Source of the DNA: a virus
Taxonomy: Duplodnaviria > Caudoviricetes
DNA length: 39,214 nucleotides
Strand: one strand, 5' to 3'
IMG/VR virus record: IMGVR_UViG_3300027818_000001
Coordinates: 1 to 39,214 of that record
This document shows positions 25,492 through 34,751 of the stretch, in pieces (position 1 is the first letter of the stretch; every line of letters begins with the position of its first letter). The position numbers and the translations under genes are program-made. Below the pieces are notes generated by a model that did not search any database, was not told the origin of the DNA, and worked only from the letters and a program-made list of their open reading frames with translations.

Positions 25492-27128
25492 TACAGTTTT
25501 CTGCCCCGCTTAAATTCCCTGTATATCTCATTCCCGATAATTTCCGCCTGCGCGTGCGCCTCCCTGCGGGAATGCACCTGATTGACGTTGATAATAATGC
25601 TTGACGCGATATTATTCGGCGGGATAATCGTCTCCCCGCCGTGTACTATTGCAAGCTGTGGCTGTCCTAATAACCCTGGTACAATCCCGCCTTTATCAAA
25701 ATTCATTAATGATTTTAACCCTATCATCGCCGCTGTTGATGCCGCTATAACAGTGCCTATTTGATACGCCGCCGCTCCCCAAGTAACTGTACTATTCATA
25801 ATTGCAATAGCAACAGATTTTATTTTTTCAGCCGCTAACTGCTGTATCAAATAACTAATCATGTTTTTAATAGCTTGCCCGTATGCCGCAGCAACTGATC
25901 TCCATGTCGTAGTTTCGGCGTTTAGAATAATACCCAGCGCATCAGACACAACCATTGCAAACTTATTCGCCCACATTTCACGATTCCGCGCAAGGTCTTC
26001 TTCCCGTTTTGATTTTGATTCAAGTAATTCTGCAAGTAATTCTTCGACTTCTATTTCTCTTTTTTTATCAGCTTCACTTTCTATATTTTTAATCTCCGTC
26101 CGTGCTTCTGAATTGACCCGCATTATCTCTGTCAATGCTGTTTCTGTCTCGGCTGTTTTTTCAACTTTTAGATTTTCTAACTCGGTGAATTGTTTGCCGT
26201 ATTCTGATATTTTATTCCCCATTTTCTTGAATCCGGCAACCGATTCTTTTATTAAATCCTTATTAAGAGTTATTATACCAACTATAATGCCGGCATAATT
26301 AGCTAATGCGTCAGTCATTAAATCAATCGCTGACTTTACGCCCAAACCTATTTTTATAAACCATGTAAAAACATTCCCCAGCGTCTCCGTGATTTTCGCC
26401 TGATTCTTTGTGTCACTAAAAAATTTCTCCATAACCGGCAAGATAGCACTATTAACTAAATTAAAAAAATCGTTTAATACCGGCAATAATGCCATACCTA
26501 CGGTCTCATACAAATCACCAATGCGATTCGTTAGCGCTTCTGTTTGCCCGATAAACGTGCCGCGCTCCGCTTTTGCCATTTCAAACCCTTTAGCCATTGC
26601 GTCATTAGCGATAGCGGCTTTTTCTGTCTCGGTCTTTGCTGTTCTTAATGCGGGGATATATCGTCCCAGCATACTGTATTCGCCTTCCGTAGCCAGCGCG
26701 ACAAGTTTCATACTGGTATTCAAATCAACACCGAACGCCTTGCTCAACCCTATTGCTGACATCGTAGAGTTTTCTATCTGGTCACCTGCTATTCCCATTT
26801 GCAGCCCTAACTGCATCAAATTCATAGTCGCTTCATCACCAACGGTAGTAACTTTTTGAATGTTTGTCGCAAATAATGATAACTTATCTATTGATGTTTT
26901 TGTTTCATTGCCGGTTAATTTTATGGCATTAGAAAGCAACATCTGCGCTTTTTCCTGTTCACCAGCCGCCATAATGATTTTCTTGCCCCAATCAACGACG
27001 GTCTTTGCCGCATTAACAACATCGCCAAGCGTAACAACAAAACCCTTGAACATCGAATCAGCTTTTTTTATGCCGCTATCATCAAATTGTATACCAAGTT
27101 TTACAAAAAAATCAGCGATTTCACTCAT
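25491..27128 (-). CDS. Tape measure protein
   Basis: Helical A/G-rich; C-terminal FDKGGIVPG...AIVHGGETIIP; follows the chaperone pair. Confidence 0.85.
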   Translation of the reverse strand: MSEIADFFVKLGIQFDDSGIKKADSMFKGFVVTLGDVVNAAKTVVDWGKKIIMAAGEQEKAQMLLSNAIKLTGNETKTSIDKLSLFATNIQKVTTVGDEATMNLMQLGLQMGIAGDQIENSTMSAIGLSKAFGVDLNTSMKLVALATEGEYSMLGRYIPALRTAKTETEKAAIANDAMAKGFEMAKAERGTFIGQTEALTNRIGDLYETVGMALLPVLNDFFNLVNSAILPVMEKFFSDTKNQAKITETLGNVFTWFIKIGLGVKSAIDLMTDALANYAGIIVGIITLNKDLIKESVAGFKKMGNKISEYGKQFTELENLKVEKTAETETALTEIMRVNSEARTEIKNIESEADKKREIEVEELLAELLESKSKREEDLARNREMWANKFAMVVSDALGIILNAETTTWRSVAAAYGQAIKNMISYLIQQLAAEKIKSVAIAIMNSTVTWGAAAYQIGTVIAASTAAMIGLKSLMNFDKGGIVPGLLGQPQLAIVHGGETIIPPNNIASSIIINVNQVHSRREAHAQAEIIGNEIYREFKRGRKL

Positions 27129-27487
27129 TATCGCACCACCCTCGTTTTATTCGTTTTATTTTTCCGCCGTATATGCCCGCCTAAATGCCGTAATATAGCC
27201 AGCTCATTTTTCTCTATACGCTTTTTCTCATCATCGGTCATACGATGCGCTTCGAATTTATTCCGCAACTTCTCAATATCTTCTTTACTTACTCCATGTA
27301 ATGACAACTGAAACATATTATTTTCAAACTCAATTTTGCTTACTTCTTCTGCCATAATCTTAATCCACGAAAGAGGATGATCCAGCACTTCTTCTATCTT
27401 GTAGTTTAAATAATGCGCGATAATAATACATATTTGTATCAGCTCTTTTTCACTGCCGGATTGATTGCGCCCATTATCCGGCTGATG
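27128..27487 (-). CDS. C-terminal (gpT-like) part of the tail assembly chaperone, reached by -1 frameshift
   Basis: The -1 frame is open from the A9C site through IIAHYLNYKIEEVLDHPLSWI to the stop at 27128. Confidence 0.72.
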   Translation of the reverse strand, partial: HQPDNGRNQSGSEKELIQICIIIAHYLNYKIEEVLDHPLSWIKIMAEEVSKIEFENNMFQLSLHGVSKEDIEKLRNKFEAHRMTDDEKKRIEKNELAILRHLGGHIRRKNKTNKTRVVR

Positions 27488-27867
27488 TTTTTTTTTAGAA
27501 TATCAATGTCATTATGTTCGCATAATAATGCAATGATATTTGTCGTCTGAATTATCCCGCAATTCTTTTCAAGAAAATCAAAATCATCCTCGTTTAATAT
27601 GCAGCCGATAAACCGGTATAAATCCTTATCATCAAGCAATTCAAGCATGGTTATAATATCCGCCGTGTTTGTTTCATTTCCTGCGCTGCGTTCTTTTAAT
27701 TCTTTGAGTTTTTTTTGACTTGATATGATTGTCCGGGCAAGCAGTTTGCCTATTATTAAGAATTGTTTTAACGATAATTCACCGATATAATATTTCCTAT
27801 CGGCAATAATAACCTGTTCTTTTTCCTGTATCAGTATTTCTTTCCCTGCGTTTTCTACGTTTTCCAT
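27439..27867 (-). CDS. Tail assembly chaperone (gpG-like)
   Basis: Between tail tube and tape measure genes; GAAAGGA RBS; slippery CTA AAA AAA AAC near the 3' end. Confidence 0.78.
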   Translation of the reverse strand: MENVENAGKEILIQEKEQVIIADRKYYIGELSLKQFLIIGKLLARTIISSQKKLKELKERSAGNETNTADIITMLELLDDKDLYRFIGCILNEDDFDFLEKNCGIIQTTNIIALLCEHNDIDILKKNISRIMGAINPAVKKS

Positions 27868-27962
27868 AGGATTATTTCCTTTCATAAGAAGGCTGGGGGA
27901 GTTTGGGGAGAACCGCAATTCATCATTACGGTTAACTCCCCCATGTCCTTAGTCCCCTGATA

Positions 27963-28838
27963 TTAAGCCGTTACGCTGAACTGCTCGATTTTCACTGCCG
28001 CTAAATTATTACCGGCAATATCCTGTAATCCCGTAGTAATAATTGCCTGCAACGAATCGCTTGCTGTCCAGTTATCCGTCGGCGTAAATACTATTGTTTT
28101 TGCCGCCTTATTGTAAACAATAGTGCCTGCCACAAGCGTCGCTGTCGCCGGTACAGTGATATTCATTATCAATACCGTCTCGCCGTAAACAACCGAATTC
28201 TCGTCTATCTCTCCTGCTTCCGTGATTGTCCACGTTACCGTGCCCTTTGTAGCTTTTGTTACCGTCCCGCCGTCAACAGGCGTCGAAAGCGCAACAACCG
28301 GCGCGGTCGTATCAACCCCGCTGTCAGTAACCTCAAACATCTGTTCGTTTGCCGCCAGCGACGTGTCCTGCAATATCAAAAATTCAAACTCTATCAAGGT
28401 TTTATCATTTTTCTTGTACGCATGACCTGCGCCGCTGATATTGATAACCTTATAAAATTCGTATTTTCTGGTATTGCCGCCGACACTGTTGCAGTTAATA
28501 AACAACGTCAATTCTGTTGCTGTCGGATTGCCGCCAACAGTTAATACCGACGCAACAAGCGCCCCCGCAGGATAATCCATAGCCAGCCGCAAATTATCCA
28601 GCGTCGCTTCCGCAACAGAGAACTTTACGGTCGGACGTTCTTTGATTTTATCAACGCCAAGAATCCCGATATATTGGTCTGCCGTGCGCTCATAATACTC
28701 GCGGGGATTGGTTATTTCAATACCCCCCTCCGTCAATCCTAACTCTGTGCAAGCTCCTTCTGCCGTCCCGTAAACCCCTACTTTTACCGTGTTATTGGTC
28801 TGTAAACCTACCACGATATTGTCTGCTGTCGGTCCCAT
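27963..28838 (-). CDS. Major tail (tube) protein with C-terminal Ig-like domain
   Basis: LGLTEGG, AEATLDNL; C-terminal DTTAPVV...FTP...GLQDIAGNNL (Big_5-like). Confidence 0.85.
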   Translation of the reverse strand: MGPTADNIVVGLQTNNTVKVGVYGTAEGACTELGLTEGGIEITNPREYYERTADQYIGILGVDKIKERPTVKFSVAEATLDNLRLAMDYPAGALVASVLTVGGNPTATELTLFINCNSVGGNTRKYEFYKVINISGAGHAYKKNDKTLIEFEFLILQDTSLAANEQMFEVTDSGVDTTAPVVALSTPVDGGTVTKATKGTVTWTITEAGEIDENSVVYGETVLIMNITVPATATLVAGTIVYNKAAKTIVFTPTDNWTASDSLQAIITTGLQDIAGNNLAAVKIEQFSVTA

Positions 28839-28840
28839 GG

Positions 28841-29053
28841 TTAATTACCCCCTTTTATATTTTCTTTTTTTACGTCTATGATTATCCCCTGCTCAATCAA
28901 TGATTCTTTTATATTTGTAATTGCATGAGATTCACCGTTAATGAACCCATTAGTAAACCCCCTGCGATATTCGAATCTGCCGCCTATCATATAAAACCCA
29001 AACATCCCGATTATAAACACGATTGTAATTATTATCACTTCTTTTAATTTCAT
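28841..29053 (-). CDS. Small membrane protein
   Basis: N-terminal TM segment, then YRRGFTNGFING. Confidence 0.6.
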   Translation of the reverse strand: MKLKEVIIITIVFIIGMFGFYMIGGRFEYRRGFTNGFINGESHAITNIKESLIEQGIIIDVKKENIKGGN

Positions 29054-29055
29054 TA

Positions 29056-29409
29056 TTATTTATTCCCTGTTTTTAAAAATACTATTATGGTTATAATCCC
29101 GCCGACAATAGCTATCAAATGAGGCAGCGTCGCTAACAATGAAATGTAAACGGTATTCCTAAATGACGATTGACGGATAGTGTCCATTTCATCACGGTTC
29201 GCTTTTGATTCAAGCAGGATACGGTTTTCCATAGTGTCTTTTGAATGAGCTTCACATTTCATGTCAATACCTTTCCGCCATTCGTTCATGGTAATTCTTA
29301 ATTCAGCGACATCATTCCGAATACCGTCCATTTTATCCATGACAAACGACATCTGCACGTCTTGCAGTCTGTGCGCAGGTGTTTTTTCTAATTGATCTTG
29401 TGTGCTCAT
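29056..29409 (-). CDS. Coiled-coil protein with C-terminal transmembrane segment
   Basis: Heptad-like middle; hydrophobic ISLLATLPHLIAIVGGIITIIVFL. Confidence 0.6.
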   Translation of the reverse strand: MSTQDQLEKTPAHRLQDVQMSFVMDKMDGIRNDVAELRITMNEWRKGIDMKCEAHSKDTMENRILLESKANRDEMDTIRQSSFRNTVYISLLATLPHLIAIVGGIITIIVFLKTGNK

Positions 29410-29419
29410 AAATATCCTT

Positions 29420-30466
29420 TTACTCAAGAATTAATATTTGTGACGCGCCTTTTGATGCGGCTGGCGGCGCTGCCGCCGCATATTCATCTGCGCTTATATC
29501 CCAAGTCGCTCCCTCTGCATCTCCATCAATATCTACATCGTACGGGCTTCCCGCATCTGTTCCATGATCAATACAATCCGCTCCAACTTTTAAATGAAAA
29601 TTTTCACTGCCTCCGGTTAAACTTGTAAATTGACTTGAAGATGTTTTTTCAACTTGGTTGTTGCTTCCCGGAGCAGCTGCGCTGTCTGTCGCGTTATACC
29701 CCGAACCAGCACCCCATGATTCAGTATCGCTGCCGAAATTGTATGGACAATCGAATACTGCATTATTAATCACACGCGATTCACTTCCCGTACCGCTTCT
29801 GTCTCTAATCCCGTATGAGTAATCTGCGCCATAACCGACAATAGTATTGTTTACAATATAAGTATTAGCATCCCCGCTGAACATAAGAATCCCGCCAGCC
29901 CAATCCCTCGCGCAATGCCATATTATATTTCGGTAAATCAATTCACCCGAACTAACACGGGATATGCCGCAGGTATATGCGCTTCCATGCCCGTCAATCA
30001 GATTGTACCGATATGTATTATGGTCGCTTGAGTTTGAGTGCCCAATCCCGTTACTCTCGGCAGATGTTCCTTTCGGGTATATTTGCAAATACTCTATAAC
30101 CGTGTAATGGTCATCAACCGTAATCACTGTCCCGTCTGAAGTAGGCACAATCCGTGATTTTGAATCACTCCATACACCCGCGTGCCGGTCAGATGCCGGC
30201 ACGGTGATTTTCATGTATTTATCGGATGCTGTCGTTGAACCGTCAATCACAACCCGGTCATCAAGCGCGCCGTCCTCGACATACAATTCAGCGGTTTCTA
30301 CCTCTCCTAATACGCCGTCTTTGGCATCTTCCCATAGAGTTAGAGTATTATAATTCTCTCCTGTTTTATTCACCGTTGAAACAGCGGCAAATATCGCATT
30401 ATTTATCAGTATAAAAACTGATAGGAGAATCAGTAATCTTGTCCTTAATATCCTCTGCAATCTCAT
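29420..30466 (-). CDS. Exported right-handed beta-helix (pectin-lyase-fold) protein
   Basis: Signal LLILLSVFILINNAIFA|A; YRYNLI, IYRNII, IVNNTI, VINNAV rungs; FHL...CID.G...DIDG...WDI.ADEY tail. Confidence 0.72.
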   Translation of the reverse strand: MRLQRILRTRLLILLSVFILINNAIFAAVSTVNKTGENYNTLTLWEDAKDGVLGEVETAELYVEDGALDDRVVIDGSTTASDKYMKITVPASDRHAGVWSDSKSRIVPTSDGTVITVDDHYTVIEYLQIYPKGTSAESNGIGHSNSSDHNTYRYNLIDGHGSAYTCGISRVSSGELIYRNIIWHCARDWAGGILMFSGDANTYIVNNTIVGYGADYSYGIRDRSGTGSESRVINNAVFDCPYNFGSDTESWGAGSGYNATDSAAAPGSNNQVEKTSSSQFTSLTGGSENFHLKVGADCIDHGTDAGSPYDVDIDGDAEGATWDISADEYAAAAPPAASKGASQILILE

Positions 30467-30857
30467 CTTTAGTAAACTCTCCTTTTTTAGATTCTTCTTT
30501 TAATGCGTCTTTTTCGTCTATGCTTATTAAGTCAATACCGTGTCTTCTGTATTTCAGTATGGGCTGCTTGCCATAAATATTTACTTCGCCTCTTATTGTG
30601 TCTTTTAACTGCAGTCTGTCGAGTTCACTCATCCCGCTGATTTTTATAATCTTGTACAGTTTTTTTTCATCTTTAGTCGGCACATATTGCGGGGTGCAAG
30701 GCACGATTTCTACTATATCACCCGTATCAGACATCCCCGCGACTTGCTCTGCGTTTTTATAATCCTTGATTTTAGTTTCTTTCCGGATATAAACCCAGTA
30801 ATCCTGCGCTGATAATGAACTGCTAAATAACAAAATAAGAAATAATAATTTTTTCAT
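30399..30857 (-). CDS. Exported hypothetical protein
   Basis: Signal peptide MKKLLFLILLFSSSLSA|Q. Confidence 0.7.
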   Translation of the reverse strand: MKKLLFLILLFSSSLSAQDYWVYIRKETKIKDYKNAEQVAGMSDTGDIVEIVPCTPQYVPTKDEKKLYKIIKISGMSELDRLQLKDTIRGEVNIYGKQPILKYRRHGIDLISIDEKDALKEESKKGEFTKDEIAEDIKDKITDSPISFYTDK

Positions 30858-31168
30858 TTTCTTTTTTCCTTGTTTAAATCGAAATAAGGTCTAAGAATTT
30901 TTCTTATATCAATTTTTAATAAATCAACAATATCATTTATTAATTCATCGTCAATTTTCTTACTTGTTTCTTTTGCTATTCCTTCAAATCTATTATTTTC
31001 TAATCTTTTTATTTTTTCCTTTATAATCGCCATTTCGTATCGGTTGCATTTTATATCAGCATTCATCAAATTGTGTTCAATATCATTCATAGCATTATAA
31101 TGAGCAATTCGTTGTCTTGTCGAAACACACGCAGGTAATAAAAATATACATAGTAATAGTTTTTTCAA
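30854..31168 (-). CDS. Putative lipoprotein
   Basis: MKKLLLCIFLLPA|C lipobox; helical, K-rich body. Confidence 0.6.
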   Translation of the reverse strand: MKKLLLCIFLLPACVSTRQRIAHYNAMNDIEHNLMNADIKCNRYEMAIIKEKIKRLENNRFEGIAKETSKKIDDELINDIVDLLKIDIRKILRPYFDLNKEKRK

Positions 31169-31491
31169 TCTACTGCCTCAATTTTGTACCCGACTGTCTT
31201 TTCATCGATAATTTCTTTAGTAACTTTTTTTGTTATTGGTATTACCTCATACTCCTGCAATTTACTAGTTTTAAAATCGTAACTGTAAATTTTGTCAGGA
31301 TTAGAAAATTCCCATTGCTTACCCATCGTTAAATCTATTTTCTTATTGATAAATTTTGTTAATTCTTTTTCTGAATTAAAAATCTCAATATGTTCAACAA
31401 CCCCTTTAGGATTAAAATTATTTATATTAGTATCAAAAGTCATTATTGGTAAATAACCCGAAACCCAAATACAAATAAAAATTATTTTCAT
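31165..31491 (-). CDS. Hypothetical protein with hydrophobic N-terminus
   Basis: TAATG coupling to the fibre stop supports the start at 31491 (MKIIFICIWV). Confidence 0.55.
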   Translation of the reverse strand: MKIIFICIWVSGYLPIMTFDTNINNFNPKGVVEHIEIFNSEKELTKFINKKIDLTMGKQWEFSNPDKIYSYDFKTSKLQEYEVIPITKKVTKEIIDEKTVGYKIEAVD

Positions 31492-34400
31492 TAATCCCTC
31501 GTATAACTCCCATAAATCATCAATGATGTAATATTTCCCGTCCATGACGTTGGCACTAAAAATAATCCATAATTTGCGGGTACTGTTGCATCTGCGAAAG
31601 TACCGCCGCGCCATTCTGTTGCGGGAACAGTAATGTCACCGCTCCAAATATCTGTACCAGCGGCATTGGGAGATGCTTTTGCTCGTTGCTCGAGCATACA
31701 TACAAATGTCGTGCCGTCATTGCATATCGCAGTCATTGTCGTCCAGGTCACGGCATACGATAAAAATTTTGATATTTGATACCCTTCACCAGCAGTTAAA
31801 TGGTTCGGCGATGAAATACAAACGCCGAAATCTTCTACACCAAGTGCATCATAAATATCATCTTTTTCTGGCACACCGGTATCACTATTCCAGCCCGAAC
31901 CAAAAGTCTCATTTACTCCAACCAATATTTTGTTTGATAAATTATCGTAGTTAGTTAGATAACCCGATGTCGCCGCCGCTAAGTCTGCGAGAGCAATCGT
32001 TCCATCAGTAATCTCGCCTGTAACAACTGCTTTATTACTTATATTCGCCCAATTTGTGAACCAGCCTGTTGTTGCGGCAGTCATATCCCCCGCAACTATT
32101 GTCCCGTCTTTTATGTCAGCGCTTACAATCACTGAATCAGCAAGACTGCCTTCTGTTACCTTCGGCTCGTATGAAGGCACTTCTGTCAAATTAGCCCATG
32201 CTGTAAGCCACCCTGTCGTTGCCGCTGCTAAGTCAGCCAGCGCGATAGTTGCGTCTTTAATATCTGCACTCACGATAACAGAATCAGCAAGTGAACCTTC
32301 CGTAACAGTCGCTTGTTTCCCGTTAATCTGGTCTTGAGCATTACTCGATAATGTCGCGATATATTTTAATTCTGCATCTGATACAGAAGCGTTAGAAGCA
32401 TAAGTCGCCCCAGCAACATTCCCTGTTGCGCTAAAATTGCCTGCACTATAAAATTTGAAAGTCTCTACATCTGCAGTACCTAAAGTAAACAGAGTGCCAG
32501 ACGACTTTAACATCCAATACTCTTCCGTATCATCATAATCCTCTGAATTATAAAGTTTTATTGTCGGGCAACCTTTCGCATTATCACCGTATAAAGTTAA
32601 TCCTCCATCCGTTGTATCGTCAACACCTAATGACATTGTTAACATCCCGCTCGTTGCAAAATCATATACTTGGTCGCAGTTCGGGATATGCGTTACATCC
32701 CCGTTTGTCGGTGTCGCTGTTGAAATACAAATTAACGCTGTGCCTTCTGGACTCTCTTCACCATTAAAACCATTTCTTAAATTAATACTAACGGTCGGAC
32801 TTGTTATCTCAACGCCGTCAATAGCAACCTGTAAGGTCGATGCTCCGCCGCCGCCTACCCCTTCATTATCTATTCCGTCGGCAAATCCTGCTGGGACATT
32901 AGCAAAATTCGCCCAATTAACAAACCAACCAGTCGTAGCCGCTGTCATATCTGCGGTCGTTATCGTAGCGTCTTTAATGTCGGCACTTATAATCGTAGAA
33001 TCAGCGAGTTTGCCTTCTGCGATATTTAAGTCTTGAGCGCCTAAATACAAAGGCACATTAACTGTCATGGATGATGGTGTAATTTCAGCTTGTCTTGTTC
33101 CGTAAGTTCCCGCTGCTGAGAAAACTGTATTGTAACTTTTGAGTGTTAAAATGGCGGTCGGGGCACCTAAATTTACAAAAAGTTGGTCTTGGTCACTATC
33201 AAATACATTCAAACCCCCGGCTAAGATTCTAACGTAATCAGTTGCTGGAAAAGTATATCCGGTGTTTGTGTCATCTCCATTACTATTGTAATAATTTAAA
33301 GCATTTACAGCACCACCAAATTTTGCTGTACTTAGTACCTCCAACTCACCTTCTACTCCCAAATCTCCTACGCCGTCAAGTGTTGCAAATCCTGCTGTTG
33401 ACGCACCTACGACAACACCAGAACCATCAGTAACTATAAACTCTCCTGTGCTTGTTAAACCAGAAGAAAGAGTCATAGGCACATTAACCGTCATGGATGA
33501 ACCTGTACTCTCAAACACTTTCGTATTGTTTGAATACCATCTACTTGTTATACCTTCACCTGTGATGTAGTTGTTAGTGCCTGGAATATACAAATTTCCA
33601 TCTATTTCAGCATCACCAGCCACATACAAATCCCCTGAACCTGTTACATAGGTTGGCGTTCCAGAACCTACATAAACAGCATTGTTTGCCATAACTCTTA
33701 ACCCCGACCGAGAATTTAACGAACTATTAATATTATAAATGGCTATATCGCCATCAGCAACATAATTCTTTATATTCAAAGATTGATTTTTATCATTAAC
33801 TCCTACGTTATATAGAGAATTTGTCTGAGCTATTACACCCGAAGTAACACCATTTTCTTGAAAAACAATAGAATTATACTCATTAGTGGGAGTTGCATTC
33901 AGGACAAGATATGTAGAAGAATGATCTGAAACTATATCTAAACGCTTTGTAATATAAGATTGATCTCCATGAACTTCTAACATATCTCCAACAAACAAAT
34001 CACCACTACCATTTATATAAGTTGGCGTTCCTGTTCCTAAATGCAAAGGCACACTAATAATCGCGGATGATTCTGAAATCTCTGCTTGTATATCCCCGTC
34101 ATTCGCAGGGTCGAAACGGATAAATGTACCGTTTGTGTCTATGTAATCTGAACTAACATAAGTAGTAGCCCCTGCTGATAATTCATTTAAAAAATATGTG
34201 CTATCAATACCGTCGAATAAATCCGAGTCAGCCGCCTTGCCTGCAATCCCCAAATATGTAGTGGATAGTGCGCTAATTTCGTTTATTGTGAGGGTCAGAG
34301 GGGTATAACTGCTTAATCCAGCAGAAGTCGCAAAATAGGCGGCATTATGCCCCTGTAGCGCGCCTGCATTGGTCGCATAGGTAGCTGTTGATGTCACGGA

Positions 34401-34751
34401 TGTCGCCGATATGTTTCCAGCTCCCGTTATATCAAACCCGCCCATTATTAATGTCGTTGTCGCTATGTGATTGCCGAGATTGTCAGCTCCCCCTGCCGCC
34501 GCCGCTGTTAAATCATAAATAGTGCCATCACTATTAATGAATTTGATTTTTTTATCAGTATCAAGATAAGTATATCCTTTGCCTGCCGCCGGAATACCAG
34601 GCGGACTCATTGTTGAATAAATAACGCTATACTTAAATGACGGGCTTGATACATTCGTTATATAATCATCTTCATTGATGTTATAAACTATAGCCCATGA
34701 AGTTTGAGTTAATAAGATAAGCAGTAATGCTTTACTGATAATGTATCGCAA
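31491..34751 (-). CDS. Large fibre-like repeat protein with signal peptide (about 1,086 aa)
   Basis: GGAAGGGGG RBS before TTG 34751; MRYIISKALLLILLTQTSWA|I; DNLGNHIAT, AADSDLFDGIDS, ADSxIxSADIKDxTI repeats, LSSNAQDQINGKQ. Confidence 0.75.
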   Translation of the reverse strand: MRYIISKALLLILLTQTSWAIVYNINEDDYITNVSSPSFKYSVIYSTMSPPGIPAAGKGYTYLDTDKKIKFINSDGTIYDLTAAAAGGADNLGNHIATTTLIMGGFDITGAGNISATSVTSTATYATNAGALQGHNAAYFATSAGLSSYTPLTLTINEISALSTTYLGIAGKAADSDLFDGIDSTYFLNELSAGATTYVSSDYIDTNGTFIRFDPANDGDIQAEISESSAIISVPLHLGTGTPTYINGSGDLFVGDMLEVHGDQSYITKRLDIVSDHSSTYLVLNATPTNEYNSIVFQENGVTSGVIAQTNSLYNVGVNDKNQSLNIKNYVADGDIAIYNINSSLNSRSGLRVMANNAVYVGSGTPTYVTGSGDLYVAGDAEIDGNLYIPGTNNYITGEGITSRWYSNNTKVFESTGSSMTVNVPMTLSSGLTSTGEFIVTDGSGVVVGASTAGFATLDGVGDLGVEGELEVLSTAKFGGAVNALNYYNSNGDDTNTGYTFPATDYVRILAGGLNVFDSDQDQLFVNLGAPTAILTLKSYNTVFSAAGTYGTRQAEITPSSMTVNVPLYLGAQDLNIAEGKLADSTIISADIKDATITTADMTAATTGWFVNWANFANVPAGFADGIDNEGVGGGGASTLQVAIDGVEITSPTVSINLRNGFNGEESPEGTALICISTATPTNGDVTHIPNCDQVYDFATSGMLTMSLGVDDTTDGGLTLYGDNAKGCPTIKLYNSEDYDDTEEYWMLKSSGTLFTLGTADVETFKFYSAGNFSATGNVAGATYASNASVSDAELKYIATLSSNAQDQINGKQATVTEGSLADSVIVSADIKDATIALADLAAATTGWLTAWANLTEVPSYEPKVTEGSLADSVIVSADIKDGTIVAGDMTAATTGWFTNWANISNKAVVTGEITDGTIALADLAAATSGYLTNYDNLSNKILVGVNETFGSGWNSDTGVPEKDDIYDALGVEDFGVCISSPNHLTAGEGYQISKFLSYAVTWTTMTAICNDGTTFVCMLEQRAKASPNAAGTDIWSGDITVPATEWRGGTFADATVPANYGLFLVPTSWTGNITSLMIYGSYTRD

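Noticed and set aside
22043-34751. Diversity-generating retroelement acting on the fibres
   Set aside because: No reverse transcriptase and no near-identical repeat pair differing at adenines; the fibre repeats differ at synonymous sites.
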